Shown here piece by piece: positions 24,095 through 34,106 of a stretch of DNA of 64,000 nt; within the stretch, counting starts at the first letter, position 1; each line of letters opens with the position of its first letter. Both the position numbers and the translations under genes were made by a program. The notes beneath the pieces were generated by a model. That model ran no database searches, was not told where the DNA came from, and worked only from the letters and a program-made list of their open reading frames with translations. This stretch comes from Bacteroidia bacterium (GTDB taxonomy: Bacteria > Bacteroidota > Bacteroidia > B-17B0 > Aurantibacillaceae), in assembly GCA_044226875.1 (NCBI GenBank), contig JBGAGD010000003.1, positions 294,601 to 358,600 of the forward strand, given 5' to 3'.

Positions 24095-25003
24095 TCAATT
24101 CATGTTGCGGTATTCAAGAGGCGTCATTCCAGTTTTGGATTTAAACAATCTTGAAAAATATTGCGGATATTCAAAACCCAGCGTATAAGCCAGTTCGCTT
24201 ACTGTTTTATCAGAGCTTAATAAGAGGTTCTTTGCCTCTTCAATTAAATAATAATGAATTCTATCCTGGGCATTCATTCCTGTTTCTCTCTTTAAAAGAT
24301 CACTTAAATAGTTTGCCGAGAGGTGAACCTGGTCTGCTAAATACTTAACGCTTGGTAAACCGTCTTCTTTTAAATTGGCAGATTGAAAATACTGAGCCAG
24401 CACATTTTCTATTTTTGAAAGCAGGTCGGTATTGGCAGTTTTCCTTGTAATGAATTGCCTGTCGTAATACCTTCTGCAATAATTAAGCAGCAATTCAATA
24501 TTTGAAACGATCAGGGTTTGACTATGTTTATCAATATTCTCTGATATTTCGATATCTATTTTGTGTATGATCTCATTAAGCGTTTCCTTCTCTTTATCCG
24601 ATAAATGCAGGGCTTCATTTGTTTCGTAAGAAAAAAAAGTATAATCTTTAATTGAGAGCGCTAAAGAAGTACCACGAATAAGATCGGGATGAAAGAAAAG
24701 TCCCCAGCCATTGATCTCTGACTTATCTTTTGAAGGTTCGTCAAGGGCGATGACTTGCCTTGGACCAATACAAACTAAACTTCCATCCTGGAAATCGATG
24801 GATTTTTGACCATATTTTAGCTTGTTCACACAATGATTCTTGAACATGATAGTGTAACAACCGGAGGTCATTTTCACCCCCGAATTAATTTGTTCCCTGT
24901 ATTTTGAGAAATCGATCACTGCCACCAGCGGATGTTTGATCTTTGCCTCCGGCAGTAACTGGAACATTTCTGTTATGGTTTCTAAATGAACGAAAGTGCT
25001 CAT
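24095..25003 (-). CDS. AraC-family transcriptional regulator
   Basis: C-terminal HTH_18 (VKYLADQVHLSANYLSDLLKRETGMNAQDRIHYYLIEEAKNLL...GFEYPQYFSRLFKSKTGMTPLEYR). Confidence 0.85.
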   Translation of the reverse strand: MSTFVHLETITEMFQLLPEAKIKHPLVAVIDFSKYREQINSGVKMTSGCYTIMFKNHCVNKLKYGQKSIDFQDGSLVCIGPRQVIALDEPSKDKSEINGWGLFFHPDLIRGTSLALSIKDYTFFSYETNEALHLSDKEKETLNEIIHKIDIEISENIDKHSQTLIVSNIELLLNYCRRYYDRQFITRKTANTDLLSKIENVLAQYFQSANLKEDGLPSVKYLADQVHLSANYLSDLLKRETGMNAQDRIHYYLIEEAKNLLLSSDKTVSELAYTLGFEYPQYFSRLFKSKTGMTPLEYRNMN

Positions 25004-25037
25004 AATGTTTGGTTGATCTAATTTAATAATTGTTTTA

Positions 25038-25856
25038 CTATTTTGATGCGCTTAAAATTAGTTTGTCAAAAATTCTGTCGCCAAACCATTTGCGTATAAA
25101 GATCATGGGTTTTGCCATAAAGCCTTTTACATATCTTATTTTTGGTTTTGATGCGGTAGCCGCTTTGGCAATTTCTTTTGCCAGCACTTGCTGATCGGTA
25201 AGATTTTTGCCGGCATACATCTTTGCCATGATCTCCAGCGCCTTGTTTGCTCCTTCGGCGTATGCGCCATGGCCCGAAGTTTTCTTGAGGTTTTCTGCGG
25301 CAATTAAGCCCCAGGGCGTTTTAATGCCGCCTGGTTCTACAATAACCACATCAATACCAAAAGGTTTTACTTCCAATCTTAAACAATCCGACCAACCCTC
25401 TAATGCATGTTTTGTAGCATGGTACCAGGCACCGTACGGAGTATATATTTTTCCTCCCATTGAAGAAATATTAACTATTCGCCCCGATCTGTTTTTACGC
25501 ATGCCTGGCAAAACCAATTGCGTTATGCGTGCCAAACCAAAAATGTTTACTTCAAATTGTCTGCGGGCCTCGTCGATGGATACATCTTCAACTGCACCAT
25601 ACGAACCATATCCTGCGTTATTTATCAGTATGTCAATTCTACCTTCTTTTTCCATAATAGTATTTACGCATTTTACTATCGATTCATCCTGTGTGAGATC
25701 TAAAGAAATAACAGAAATGCCTTTACTTTCCAATATTTTCATTTCATTGGTTCGCCTTGCAGCGCCATATACTTTATAACCTTGTTGGCTCAATAATACC
25801 GCTGTTGACTCCCCCATACCTGAGGAAGCGCCTGTTACTAATGCTACTTTTTTCAT
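25038..25856 (-). CDS. SDR-family oxidoreductase
   Basis: TGASSGMG (TGxxxGxG), NNAG and YHATKHA (YxxxK). Confidence 0.9.
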   Translation of the reverse strand: MKKVALVTGASSGMGESTAVLLSQQGYKVYGAARRTNEMKILESKGISVISLDLTQDESIVKCVNTIMEKEGRIDILINNAGYGSYGAVEDVSIDEARRQFEVNIFGLARITQLVLPGMRKNRSGRIVNISSMGGKIYTPYGAWYHATKHALEGWSDCLRLEVKPFGIDVVIVEPGGIKTPWGLIAAENLKKTSGHGAYAEGANKALEIMAKMYAGKNLTDQQVLAKEIAKAATASKPKIRYVKGFMAKPMIFIRKWFGDRIFDKLILSASK

Positions 25857-26013
25857 TTTTTATTGTTTTAAAATTTACAGTACAAAGTTCGGATAAGTAC
25901 AAATGATCAATTAATACTAAAGCGGGTAAGTTGTATACAAATCCTCTTTTTTGAAGTGCCCGGTTACAAATTAAAAGAATAATTCTTTGAATTATTGCCT
26001 ATCTTAGTCCATC

Positions 26014-27513
26014 GTGAAAAAATTAGTTTTGATCCTTTGCTTTTTCTTGGGCCTTGATGTTGAGGCACAGGACGGGTTAATGGATTCGTTAAAGCTTGCG
26101 CTAAAAAATGCAAAACACGATACTATACGTTGTTTGCTTTTAAGCGAAATAGTAGAAACCGAAGAAGATGATGCTATTTGGCCAAAATATAATGATGAAC
26201 TTAAAACCCTTACAGAAAAAAATCTTGCCTTACCTACTCTGACTGCTCCTTTAAAAAAATTTTACTTACAGCAGCTCGTTAATTCGCTTAATAACAGTGG
26301 TTTTTATTACAATACCAAAGGCGAACTAAAAAAAGCGCTTGACAATTGCAACCGGGCCCTAAAAATAGCTGAAGATACCGGTAATAAAGATGGCATTGCC
26401 ACTTCACTTAACACACTGGCCACTATTTTTGAAAAGCAGGGACTGGTAAAAAAAGCGCTCGACTATTTTATGCAAAGCCTTAAAGTAGCAGAAGAAGTTA
26501 ATGACAAAGAAGAGGAAGCAGCTACACTCACCAACATAGGACTTATAAACCAAAATCTTGGGCAATTGACAGAAGCCCTGGATAATTTTACCCATAGTTT
26601 AAAGATCCAGGAAGAGATTGGCGATAACGAAGGAATGGCTACTACCCTTAACAACATTGGAGGCATTTATCACAAAAGCAATAACGAAAAAATGGCACTT
26701 GATTTTTATTTAAGAGGTATGAAGATCAACCGGGAAATTGGAAACGATGATGGAATAGCCAATGCTTTAAATAATATTGGGGGACTTTATGTGAGAATGG
26801 GCCAATTGGATAAAGCCCTCGATAATATGCTGCAAAGCCTGGAGATATACAAAAAACTTGCTGATAAGAACGGAGAAGTAAATGCCACCAGAAATATTGG
26901 CGCGGTATATCTTAAACAAAACAATATTAACGAAGCCTACAAATATGCGAATAAAGGATTTGAGTTGGCAAAAGAACTTGGTTACCCTGGCAATATTGAA
27001 TCATCTGCCCATTTGTTAAGCATGGTTTACGAAAAGCAAGGCAAAGGCATGCCGGCCTTTGAAATGTATAAATTATACATACAGATGAGGGATAGTGTAA
27101 AAAATAAAGAGAATCAAAGAACCGCGTTTAAAAAAGAAGCGCAATATAATTATGAAAAGCAACGAGCCGAAGATAGCGTGACAACTTCAAAAAATATTGA
27201 AGTAAAAAACCTGGAAATAGATAAACAAAAAACCGAGATAAGCGCAAAAAGAACACAACAGTATTTTTTATATGGCGGGCTGACATTTATGTTAGTATTC
27301 GCAGGGTTTATGTATAATCGTTTTAAAGTAGCGCAAAAACAAAAAGCGATCATTGAAGAACAAAAACTAATTGTAGAAGAGCAAAAAAATATTGTAGAAG
27401 AAAAACAAAAAGAGATAGTTGACTCTATACGCTATGCCAAAAGGATACAAACAGCCTTATTACCCAATGAAAGATACATTCAGCGTAATTTGAAGGAGGT
27501 ATCCGGATTATGA
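26014..27513 (+). CDS. TPR-repeat protein with C-terminal TM, coiled coil and YAKRIQTALLP tail (GTG start)
   Basis: Signal peptide and about 7 TPR units (ALDxxxxSLKIxEEIGDKxGIAxxLNNIG). TM segment YFLYGGLTFMLVFAGFMY. The ORF ends 17 aa after LLP. Confidence 0.75.
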   Translation: MKKLVLILCFFLGLDVEAQDGLMDSLKLALKNAKHDTIRCLLLSEIVETEEDDAIWPKYNDELKTLTEKNLALPTLTAPLKKFYLQQLVNSLNNSGFYYNTKGELKKALDNCNRALKIAEDTGNKDGIATSLNTLATIFEKQGLVKKALDYFMQSLKVAEEVNDKEEEAATLTNIGLINQNLGQLTEALDNFTHSLKIQEEIGDNEGMATTLNNIGGIYHKSNNEKMALDFYLRGMKINREIGNDDGIANALNNIGGLYVRMGQLDKALDNMLQSLEIYKKLADKNGEVNATRNIGAVYLKQNNINEAYKYANKGFELAKELGYPGNIESSAHLLSMVYEKQGKGMPAFEMYKLYIQMRDSVKNKENQRTAFKKEAQYNYEKQRAEDSVTTSKNIEVKNLEIDKQKTEISAKRTQQYFLYGGLTFMLVFAGFMYNRFKVAQKQKAIIEEQKLIVEEQKNIVEEKQKEIVDSIRYAKRIQTALLPNERYIQRNLKEVSGL

Positions 27514-29129
27514 AGATAACCTTAAAATATTTTTTTGTGTTTGTGCTTTGCCTGGCATTTACAAAAACTATTTTTGGTCAGCATGATCAGTTAGATTCGT
27601 TAAAACTTGCTCTTAAAAATACTAACAACGATTCTGTAAAATGTATTATCCTGAATACCCTTGCCGAAACCGCTCCGGATAATGAATGGCCTGCGTTCAA
27701 TGAGCAATTAAAAGATCTGGCAGAGAAACGTTCGGTAGCTTCGTTATCGGCTTCACAAAAGAAATTTTATTTAAAATACCTGGCAAGTGCGTTAAACAAT
27801 TGTGGTGTTATTTCCGAAACCCGGGGATTGCCTGATAAGGCTTTAGAGTATTATAAAAAGAGTTTGTCTATAAAAGAAGAACTGGGCATTTCTACAGCAG
27901 AAACGCTTAACAACATGGCCGTTATTTATGAAAGAAAAGGGCTGACAAACGAAGCGCTGGATATCTATAAACAAAGTTTAAAAATTTATAAGAATAATGG
28001 TGATAAAGAAGGTGTTGGCTATTTACTAAACAACATTGCTGTTTTATATTATACCCAGGGCAAGGTAAAAGAAGCGCTTGATTATTATGGCCAAAGCCTA
28101 AAACTACACGAACAAATTGGCAATAAAAGAGGCATAGCCTCGGCATTAAATAATATTGGCGAGATCTATGATAAGCAATCACAGATCAAAGAAGCGCTGG
28201 AATTTTATGAACGTAGTTTAAAATTACGCACCCAACTTGGTGATAAGAATGGCATTGCGCATTCGCTCCATAGCATTGGCTACGCAAATACCAGGTTGGG
28301 CAAAAACAAAGAAGCTTTAGAGTTTTACAACCAAAGTTTAAAACTGTATGAAGAAACAGGCAATAAAAGAGAAATAGCTCATTGCCTTTACAATATTGGC
28401 GCGGTTCATATATGGCTTAATGATCTTACCAATGCCCTAAAGTATAATGAGCAAAGTTTAAAGATCCAGGAAGAGATCAAAAATAAACAAGGTATCTCCA
28501 CTTCTCTTTATATGATCGGTTTTATTTACAACAAACAAGGCAAAACAAATAACGCCGAAAATTATGCGCTTCGCAGCCTTAAGTTATCTAAAGAATTGGG
28601 GTATCCCGATAATATTCAAAAAGCCGCTGGTTTACTGGCTAAGATCTACGAAAAACAAAATAATGGAATAAAAGCATTAGAAATGTACAAATTGTTCATT
28701 CAAATGAAGGACAGTATTGAAAACAAGGCAAATCTACAGGCTGCGTTAAAAAAAGACGCGCAGTTCAAATATGAAAAACAAAGAATTGAAGATAGCATTG
28801 TAACCGCAAAGAATTTTGAAGTTAAAAACCTCGTTATTGAAAAACAAAAATCAGAGATAACAGCAAAAAGAACACAACAATATTATTTATTTGGCGGCCT
28901 GGCGCTTGTAATGATCTTTGCAGCTTTGATGTTTAACCGTTTTAAAATAACCCAAAAACAAAAGAACGTTATTGAAGAACAGAAAATTGTTGTTGAAGAA
29001 CAAAAACATATTGCAGAAGAAAAACAAAAGGAGATCCTGGATTCCATTAAATATGCAAAACGCATACAAACCGCCATGTTGCCTACCGAAAAATATATTG
29101 CCAGGCATTTAACCCGCAATACTAAATAA
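27510..29129 (+). CDS. TPR-repeat protein, tandem paralog of 26014-27513
   Basis: Same architecture as its neighbour. ATGA overlap with the upstream paralog. Ends DSIKYAKRIQTAMLPTEKYIARHLTRNTK. Confidence 0.75.
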   Translation: MKITLKYFFVFVLCLAFTKTIFGQHDQLDSLKLALKNTNNDSVKCIILNTLAETAPDNEWPAFNEQLKDLAEKRSVASLSASQKKFYLKYLASALNNCGVISETRGLPDKALEYYKKSLSIKEELGISTAETLNNMAVIYERKGLTNEALDIYKQSLKIYKNNGDKEGVGYLLNNIAVLYYTQGKVKEALDYYGQSLKLHEQIGNKRGIASALNNIGEIYDKQSQIKEALEFYERSLKLRTQLGDKNGIAHSLHSIGYANTRLGKNKEALEFYNQSLKLYEETGNKREIAHCLYNIGAVHIWLNDLTNALKYNEQSLKIQEEIKNKQGISTSLYMIGFIYNKQGKTNNAENYALRSLKLSKELGYPDNIQKAAGLLAKIYEKQNNGIKALEMYKLFIQMKDSIENKANLQAALKKDAQFKYEKQRIEDSIVTAKNFEVKNLVIEKQKSEITAKRTQQYYLFGGLALVMIFAALMFNRFKITQKQKNVIEEQKIVVEEQKHIAEEKQKEILDSIKYAKRIQTAMLPTEKYIARHLTRNTK

Positions 29130-29314
29130 ACTGTAAGTCAAGTACAAATACCCGTAGCCTTTCATAAATTTCCGGAAACATGATACCTATATATTTCCGT
29201 TTAGATGCTTTTTTTTGCAGTCATACCAATCAATTTATTATTCTTGTATCTTTTCTTAATTTTAATCGTTACACAAAAAATCACCTTTTATCTTTAACAT
29301 TAAATAATCCTATT

Positions 29315-30679
29315 ATGCAATTAAGATCATTACTTTTTATTTTTATCCTATCATTTTCGTTTTACACAAATGCGCAGGATAGTGGCGCTAAAATGAAACC
29401 AAAAGAAGTTAAGTTACTGGTTGATAGCATTAGTGCGGCTCTTAAACGCTGGTATATCTATCCCGATAAAGCCGAGCTGATTAGCCAAACCATCAAAGAA
29501 AAATACAAAACAGGTGCCTACGATAAATTAACCAACCGCCGGGAGTTGGCCGATATGCTCCATTCCGATATTCAAAAAATACATCACGATGGGCATATGC
29601 GGGTAATGTATGCGCCTGACTTTGCAGAAGACCTCATAACTGTATTGCCCGACTCTTTGCAAAAAAAAGGAATGGAAGAAGATTTGAATAACGACCGGTT
29701 GCATAATTTTCATTTTACGAAAACAGAGGTTATGCCCGGTAATATTGGCTATGTAAGATGGGACGGTTTTGTAGGATGGACAAAGGAAGCGCAACCCACC
29801 TACGATGCGGCTTTTAAATTTGTAAGCAATGCTAAGGCGCTGATCCTTGATATGCGTTATAACGGCGGCGGTTCGCCTGAAACTGTAAATGCCCTGCTCG
29901 ATTATTTTTTTACTAAAAGATTGCCAATGAACCATATTATCGATCATAGGCATGATACAACAAAACACTACACCGACCCGTCGGTAACAAGTTTTAAGCT
30001 GGGTATGCCAGTGTACGTACTTACCAGTAAACGCACATTTTCGGGAGCCGAGGATTTTACCTACGCCATGAAGGTAGCTAAACGTGCTACCATTGTTGGC
30101 GATACAACAGGTGGAGGAGCGCATCCAACAGGTCCGGTACCGCTTGGGCAAGGCTTTGTATTAAATATTCCCAATGCGCGCTCCTACCACGAGCTTACCG
30201 GTACTAACTGGGAGGGCACAGGTGTTTACCCCGATGTATATGTAAAAGGCGACCAGGCACTTGAAAAAGCACAACTCATGATCTTTAAAGATCTTTTGGC
30301 TAAAGCTGCCAACGGCGAGCAAAAACAACAACTACAAGGTCAAATAACAGCTTTTGAAAATAAAATGACCCTGCTACAAAATGGCGCACTGAATTTTACA
30401 AACCAGCAACTTCAAAAATTTTGTGGTGAATACAAACCAATTCCGGGGCCGGGCGCTTCGCCAAATAGTATAATGATCCTTTTAAAAGGAAACAACCTGT
30501 ATAGAAACATCCCTTTTCCGCCCGATTGGAAATTAATTCCTATCAGCAACACACGTTTTCTTTACGATAACGACGATGCAAATCGTTATATGGAATTTAC
30601 TATTGACAAAGACGGAAATCCTTCAGGTTTGACTATTTATTATACTGACAGAAATTTTTCTTACGAGAAGGTAAAATAG
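29315..30679 (+). CDS. S41-family peptidase (tail-specific/IRBP-like)
   Basis: LILDMRYNGGGSPETV and TSKRTFSGAEDFTYAMK...GDTTGGGAHP. Start placed at Met46 (MQLRSLLFIFILSFSFYTNAQ signal peptide) rather than the track start at 29180. Confidence 0.85.
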   Translation: MQLRSLLFIFILSFSFYTNAQDSGAKMKPKEVKLLVDSISAALKRWYIYPDKAELISQTIKEKYKTGAYDKLTNRRELADMLHSDIQKIHHDGHMRVMYAPDFAEDLITVLPDSLQKKGMEEDLNNDRLHNFHFTKTEVMPGNIGYVRWDGFVGWTKEAQPTYDAAFKFVSNAKALILDMRYNGGGSPETVNALLDYFFTKRLPMNHIIDHRHDTTKHYTDPSVTSFKLGMPVYVLTSKRTFSGAEDFTYAMKVAKRATIVGDTTGGGAHPTGPVPLGQGFVLNIPNARSYHELTGTNWEGTGVYPDVYVKGDQALEKAQLMIFKDLLAKAANGEQKQQLQGQITAFENKMTLLQNGALNFTNQQLQKFCGEYKPIPGPGASPNSIMILLKGNNLYRNIPFPPDWKLIPISNTRFLYDNDDANRYMEFTIDKDGNPSGLTIYYTDRNFSYEKVK

Positions 30680-30693
30680 TTTACCCGGCTTTT

Positions 30694-31686
30694 TTAATTT
30701 ATACGGTCGAGGTTGTATTTCGATCTGTAATCAACAGGCGACATACCCGTTACGCGATTGAACACTTCTCTAAAGGCTTTGGTATCGTTATATCCAACGT
30801 CATACATTACTTCGTTAACTGTTTTACGCGTGCTCTCTAACGAGTGTTTTGCAACTTCGATCTTTACCCTTTGCATGTAATCAAGTGGCGTAATACCCGT
30901 GGCTTTAATAAACCTTCTGTCAAAATTCCTTCTGCCAATGCTAAATTTATTTGATAAAAATTCTATAGAGATCTTTTCCTGGTAATTTTTTTCAATGTAA
31001 GATTGCGCTTTTAAAATTTCGTTATCGCTGTGTTTTTTTTGTCCTGAAAAAATAGCAAAAGAAGATTGGGCATTTCTTTCAATATCTATCTGGAACATTT
31101 TAGAGCAATAAATAGCAGTTTGTTTATCGTAATATTTCTCGATCAAAAATATTACCATGTTTAAAAACGAATAAGCGCCGCCATTTGTATATATTCCCGA
31201 TTCCATGGTTATCAGTTTTTCTTCTTTTAAATTTATTGCCGGAAAAGCACTTCTGAATGTTTCTGCATGCGCCCAATGCGTAGAGCAGGTTTTTCCATTT
31301 AGTATTCCCGAACAGGCAAGCATAAATATGCCCGAGCACATACTTGCTATTTCAGCGCCAAGTTTATAATGTTTTTCTATCCATTGTATAATGGCCTTAT
31401 TACCTTTTTCAACATTAAGCTCGTTTCTTATGCCTGATGGTGGAACAATGATAAGATCGGTTCTTTTTATCGCAGAAATATTTACGTCGGGTTCCAGCAT
31501 GATCATGCCTTTGCTAAAACCTACTTTTTTTGAAACGCCGGCCGTTTGTATCTTATATTTAATTTCTTTGCCGTTTCTTTTCCTGTACGAATTGGCTTCG
31601 GTAAATATTTCCAGCACACCAACTATCGTTGCCATGGTTCCCATGTTTACCTGCCCGTCGGGCACCAGTATGGTTATGTGTTTCAT
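30694..31686 (-). CDS. GlxA-family regulator (DJ-1/PfpI domain + AraC HTH)
   Basis: N-terminal DJ-1-like domain with ASMCSGIFMLA. C-terminal HTH_18. Confidence 0.85.
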   Translation of the reverse strand: MKHITILVPDGQVNMGTMATIVGVLEIFTEANSYRKRNGKEIKYKIQTAGVSKKVGFSKGMIMLEPDVNISAIKRTDLIIVPPSGIRNELNVEKGNKAIIQWIEKHYKLGAEIASMCSGIFMLACSGILNGKTCSTHWAHAETFRSAFPAINLKEEKLITMESGIYTNGGAYSFLNMVIFLIEKYYDKQTAIYCSKMFQIDIERNAQSSFAIFSGQKKHSDNEILKAQSYIEKNYQEKISIEFLSNKFSIGRRNFDRRFIKATGITPLDYMQRVKIEVAKHSLESTRKTVNEVMYDVGYNDTKAFREVFNRVTGMSPVDYRSKYNLDRIN

Positions 31687-31819
31687 AGGTTCAATTTTGC
31701 AACAAAATTAAACTTTTTAGTTGTCCAAATCAACCCCTTAAATTGTCTGATTTACACACCGCAAAAAGGCATTAAAGACAGTAATTTTGTTATCGAAACA
31801 CTATTATAAATTAAAAAAG

Positions 31820-32314
31820 ATGGAAAAGAAAGATTTTACGACAACGATCGCTGTAGACCGGTCTGCTAAAGAAGTATTTACCGCCATTAACGAGGTTACC
31901 GGCTGGTGGAGCGAAAACATTAATGGCAAGACAAATGCTCTTAACAGCGAATTTATATATAATTATAAAGATGTACATATTTGCAAAATCAAGATCACCG
32001 AAATGGTCCCCGATAAAAAAGTAGTATGGCATGTATTAGAGAACCATTTTAATTTTACAAAAAACAAAAGCGAATGGAAAGGAACCAATATTGTTTTTGA
32101 GATCTCCGAAAACAATGGCAAAACGCAACTTACATTTACACATATTGGGTTAGTGCCCGAATACGAATGTTACCAGGTTTGTGAAGATGCCTGGACCAGT
32201 TACATACAAGGCAGTTTAAAGAATTTAATTACACAAGGTAAAGGAAAACCAAACACAAAAGAGAACGATCTTAATAAAGAATTAGTTGAAAAATGGGGCT
32301 TACCAAATAAATAA
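31820..32314 (+). CDS. SRPBCC (AHSA1/START-like) domain protein
   Basis: FTTTIAVDRSAKEVFTAINEVTGWW...LTFTHIGLVPEYECY. Start at the internal ATG 31820. Confidence 0.65.
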   Translation: MEKKDFTTTIAVDRSAKEVFTAINEVTGWWSENINGKTNALNSEFIYNYKDVHICKIKITEMVPDKKVVWHVLENHFNFTKNKSEWKGTNIVFEISENNGKTQLTFTHIGLVPEYECYQVCEDAWTSYIQGSLKNLITQGKGKPNTKENDLNKELVEKWGLPNK

Positions 32315-32320
32315 GAACAT

Positions 32321-32749
32321 ATGAAAAAAGAGAATTTTAGCTTCAGTTTTAAAACATCAAAGTCTGCCACCGAAGTATTTGAAATGTTGTTGGATATTAA
32401 ACAATGGTGGTTTGGCTTATACAACGAAACCATAACCGGAAAAAGTAAAAAGATAAACGATACGTTTACATTTAAGGCCGGCGATGGGGTACATGATACG
32501 ACTCAAAAATTAATTGAATTAGAGCCTGGCAAAAAAATTGTATGGCAAATAACAAATAGTAATCTCAGTTTTTTAAAAGAGGTGAACGAATGGACCGATA
32601 CAAAAATTCGTTTTGACCTTTTAAAAGATGGAGACAAAACAAAAGTTACATTTACACACGAAGGCCTGGTGCCCGAAATTGAATGTTATGATGCCTGCTC
32701 ATCGGCCTGGAATGGCTATTTGGAAAATTTTAAGAAAAAGTTGCAATAA
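32321..32749 (+). CDS. SRPBCC domain protein (paralog)
   Basis: FSFKTSKSATEVFEMLLDIKQWW...VTFTHEGLVPEIECYDAC parallels the preceding ORF. Confidence 0.65.
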   Translation: MKKENFSFSFKTSKSATEVFEMLLDIKQWWFGLYNETITGKSKKINDTFTFKAGDGVHDTTQKLIELEPGKKIVWQITNSNLSFLKEVNEWTDTKIRFDLLKDGDKTKVTFTHEGLVPEIECYDACSSAWNGYLENFKKKLQ

Positions 32750-32829
32750 ATAGCTTCACCCGGGTTTAACTTTTTTGTTTTTAGTTCACCTTTCTAAAAT
32801 AAAAATGTGTATAATAGCATTATCTAACT

Positions 32830-33999
32830 ATGCGCATTTTTATTTTATTTATTTCTCTGTTTTTGGTTTCATGGGTAAATGCTCAAAACCTGGTTGCAGA
32901 TTCAAGTTTTGAATACAACAAATTCATTCCTGTAGATTATTCTTCCATCGGTGCTTCAACATCGTGGAGCTCGCCCAGCCGCGGCACAACAGATCTGTTT
33001 TGCAAATGCGGTAAAAAACAAAAAAAACTCTCGCATGTAGATGTTCCCAATAATGCCATGGGCGTGCAGGAAGCAAATTCGGGAAAATGTTACGCCGGTG
33101 TTTTTGCCGTTTCGCACGGTTATTACAGGGAGTATTTGCAAACCTCGCTAAATGCGCCGCTTAAACGTGGTAAAGAATACGTGCTTACCATGTATGTAAG
33201 CCTGTCAGATTATTCGCCACTCGCGGTAGATAAGATAGGTGTTTGTTTTTTGAATGGTAATGTAAAATACGAACATTCGGAAGAGATTACAGATCTTCGT
33301 CCGCTATATATTCCACTTGAAGAAGAAGTGGGAATGGAAACCAATGAATGGCATGAATTAACGCTTCATTATAAAGCCAGGGGCGGCGAAAACACTTTGC
33401 TTATTGGCAGTTTTAACATTAAACGCTTATGGAAAACAGGAAATACTGTTCCTCCCGAAATAAGTTCGCCCATCTACAAAAAATTTCAGCGCGATGCGTA
33501 CTATTATTTTGATGATGTAAGCATTCACGAATATATTCCAGAAAAGATAGATACCTCCGAAGCGCCGGAAAATCCATATTTTACAAATATGAAACCCGAC
33601 TCTGTTGAAACTGAAATCGTTTTACCCGATACTATAAATACCATAACGCCAAACGAAGTATTGGTCTTTAATAAAGTTCTTTTTCAAAGCGGGGCCTCCA
33701 TCCTCGCCCCCACTTCTTATCCTGAATTAAATATTGTTTCTGCTTATTTAAAAGCCGATCAAAAATTACGGATAGAAATTTATGGCCATACCGATAACAT
33801 TGGCGATGAACAAAAAAATAAAGAACTATCCTACAACCGGGCCAAAGCAGTTGCAGATTACCTTATTTTAAAAGGTGTTAAAAGTACTAATGTAAGGTAT
33901 GAAGGCTTTGGAAGTTTAAAACCTATTGAGAGTAATGACACCGAAGAAGGTCGTAAGGCTAACCGGCGGGTGGAATTTATATTGAAGAAAAAAGAGTAG
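32830..33999 (+). CDS. OmpA-family protein (unknown N-terminal domain + C-terminal OmpA/MotB domain)
   Basis: VLFQSGASIL...IEIYGHTDNIGDEQKNKELSYNRAKAVADYL...GRKANRRVEF. Confidence 0.85.
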   Translation: MRIFILFISLFLVSWVNAQNLVADSSFEYNKFIPVDYSSIGASTSWSSPSRGTTDLFCKCGKKQKKLSHVDVPNNAMGVQEANSGKCYAGVFAVSHGYYREYLQTSLNAPLKRGKEYVLTMYVSLSDYSPLAVDKIGVCFLNGNVKYEHSEEITDLRPLYIPLEEEVGMETNEWHELTLHYKARGGENTLLIGSFNIKRLWKTGNTVPPEISSPIYKKFQRDAYYYFDDVSIHEYIPEKIDTSEAPENPYFTNMKPDSVETEIVLPDTINTITPNEVLVFNKVLFQSGASILAPTSYPELNIVSAYLKADQKLRIEIYGHTDNIGDEQKNKELSYNRAKAVADYLILKGVKSTNVRYEGFGSLKPIESNDTEEGRKANRRVEFILKKKE

Positions 34000-34106
34000 C
34001 TAATTCAATATGGTTATGTAACCTGTGTATTACTCCCTTAAAATATCAGAGCGCATTATTTCGTTTACTTAACTGATATTTAAAAAGAATTGCTATTTTT
34101 ATAAAT

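Noticed and set aside
25207-25779. 190-aa plus-strand ORF
   Set aside because: Antisense shadow of the SDR gene, which carries the TGxxxGxG, NNAG and YxxxK motifs. The shadow ORF has no motifs and an odd composition.
29180-29314. N-terminal extensions in the ORF track (also 41198-41323, 56249-56386, 61673-61723, 11528-11578, 13225-13305, 31787-31819, 21216-21251)
   Set aside because: In each case an internal ATG gives a proper signal peptide or domain start. The extension either removes the overlap with the upstream gene or runs through a terminator or intergenic promoter region.
29528-30151. 207-aa minus-strand ORF
   Set aside because: Antisense to the S41 peptidase gene, with no supporting features.
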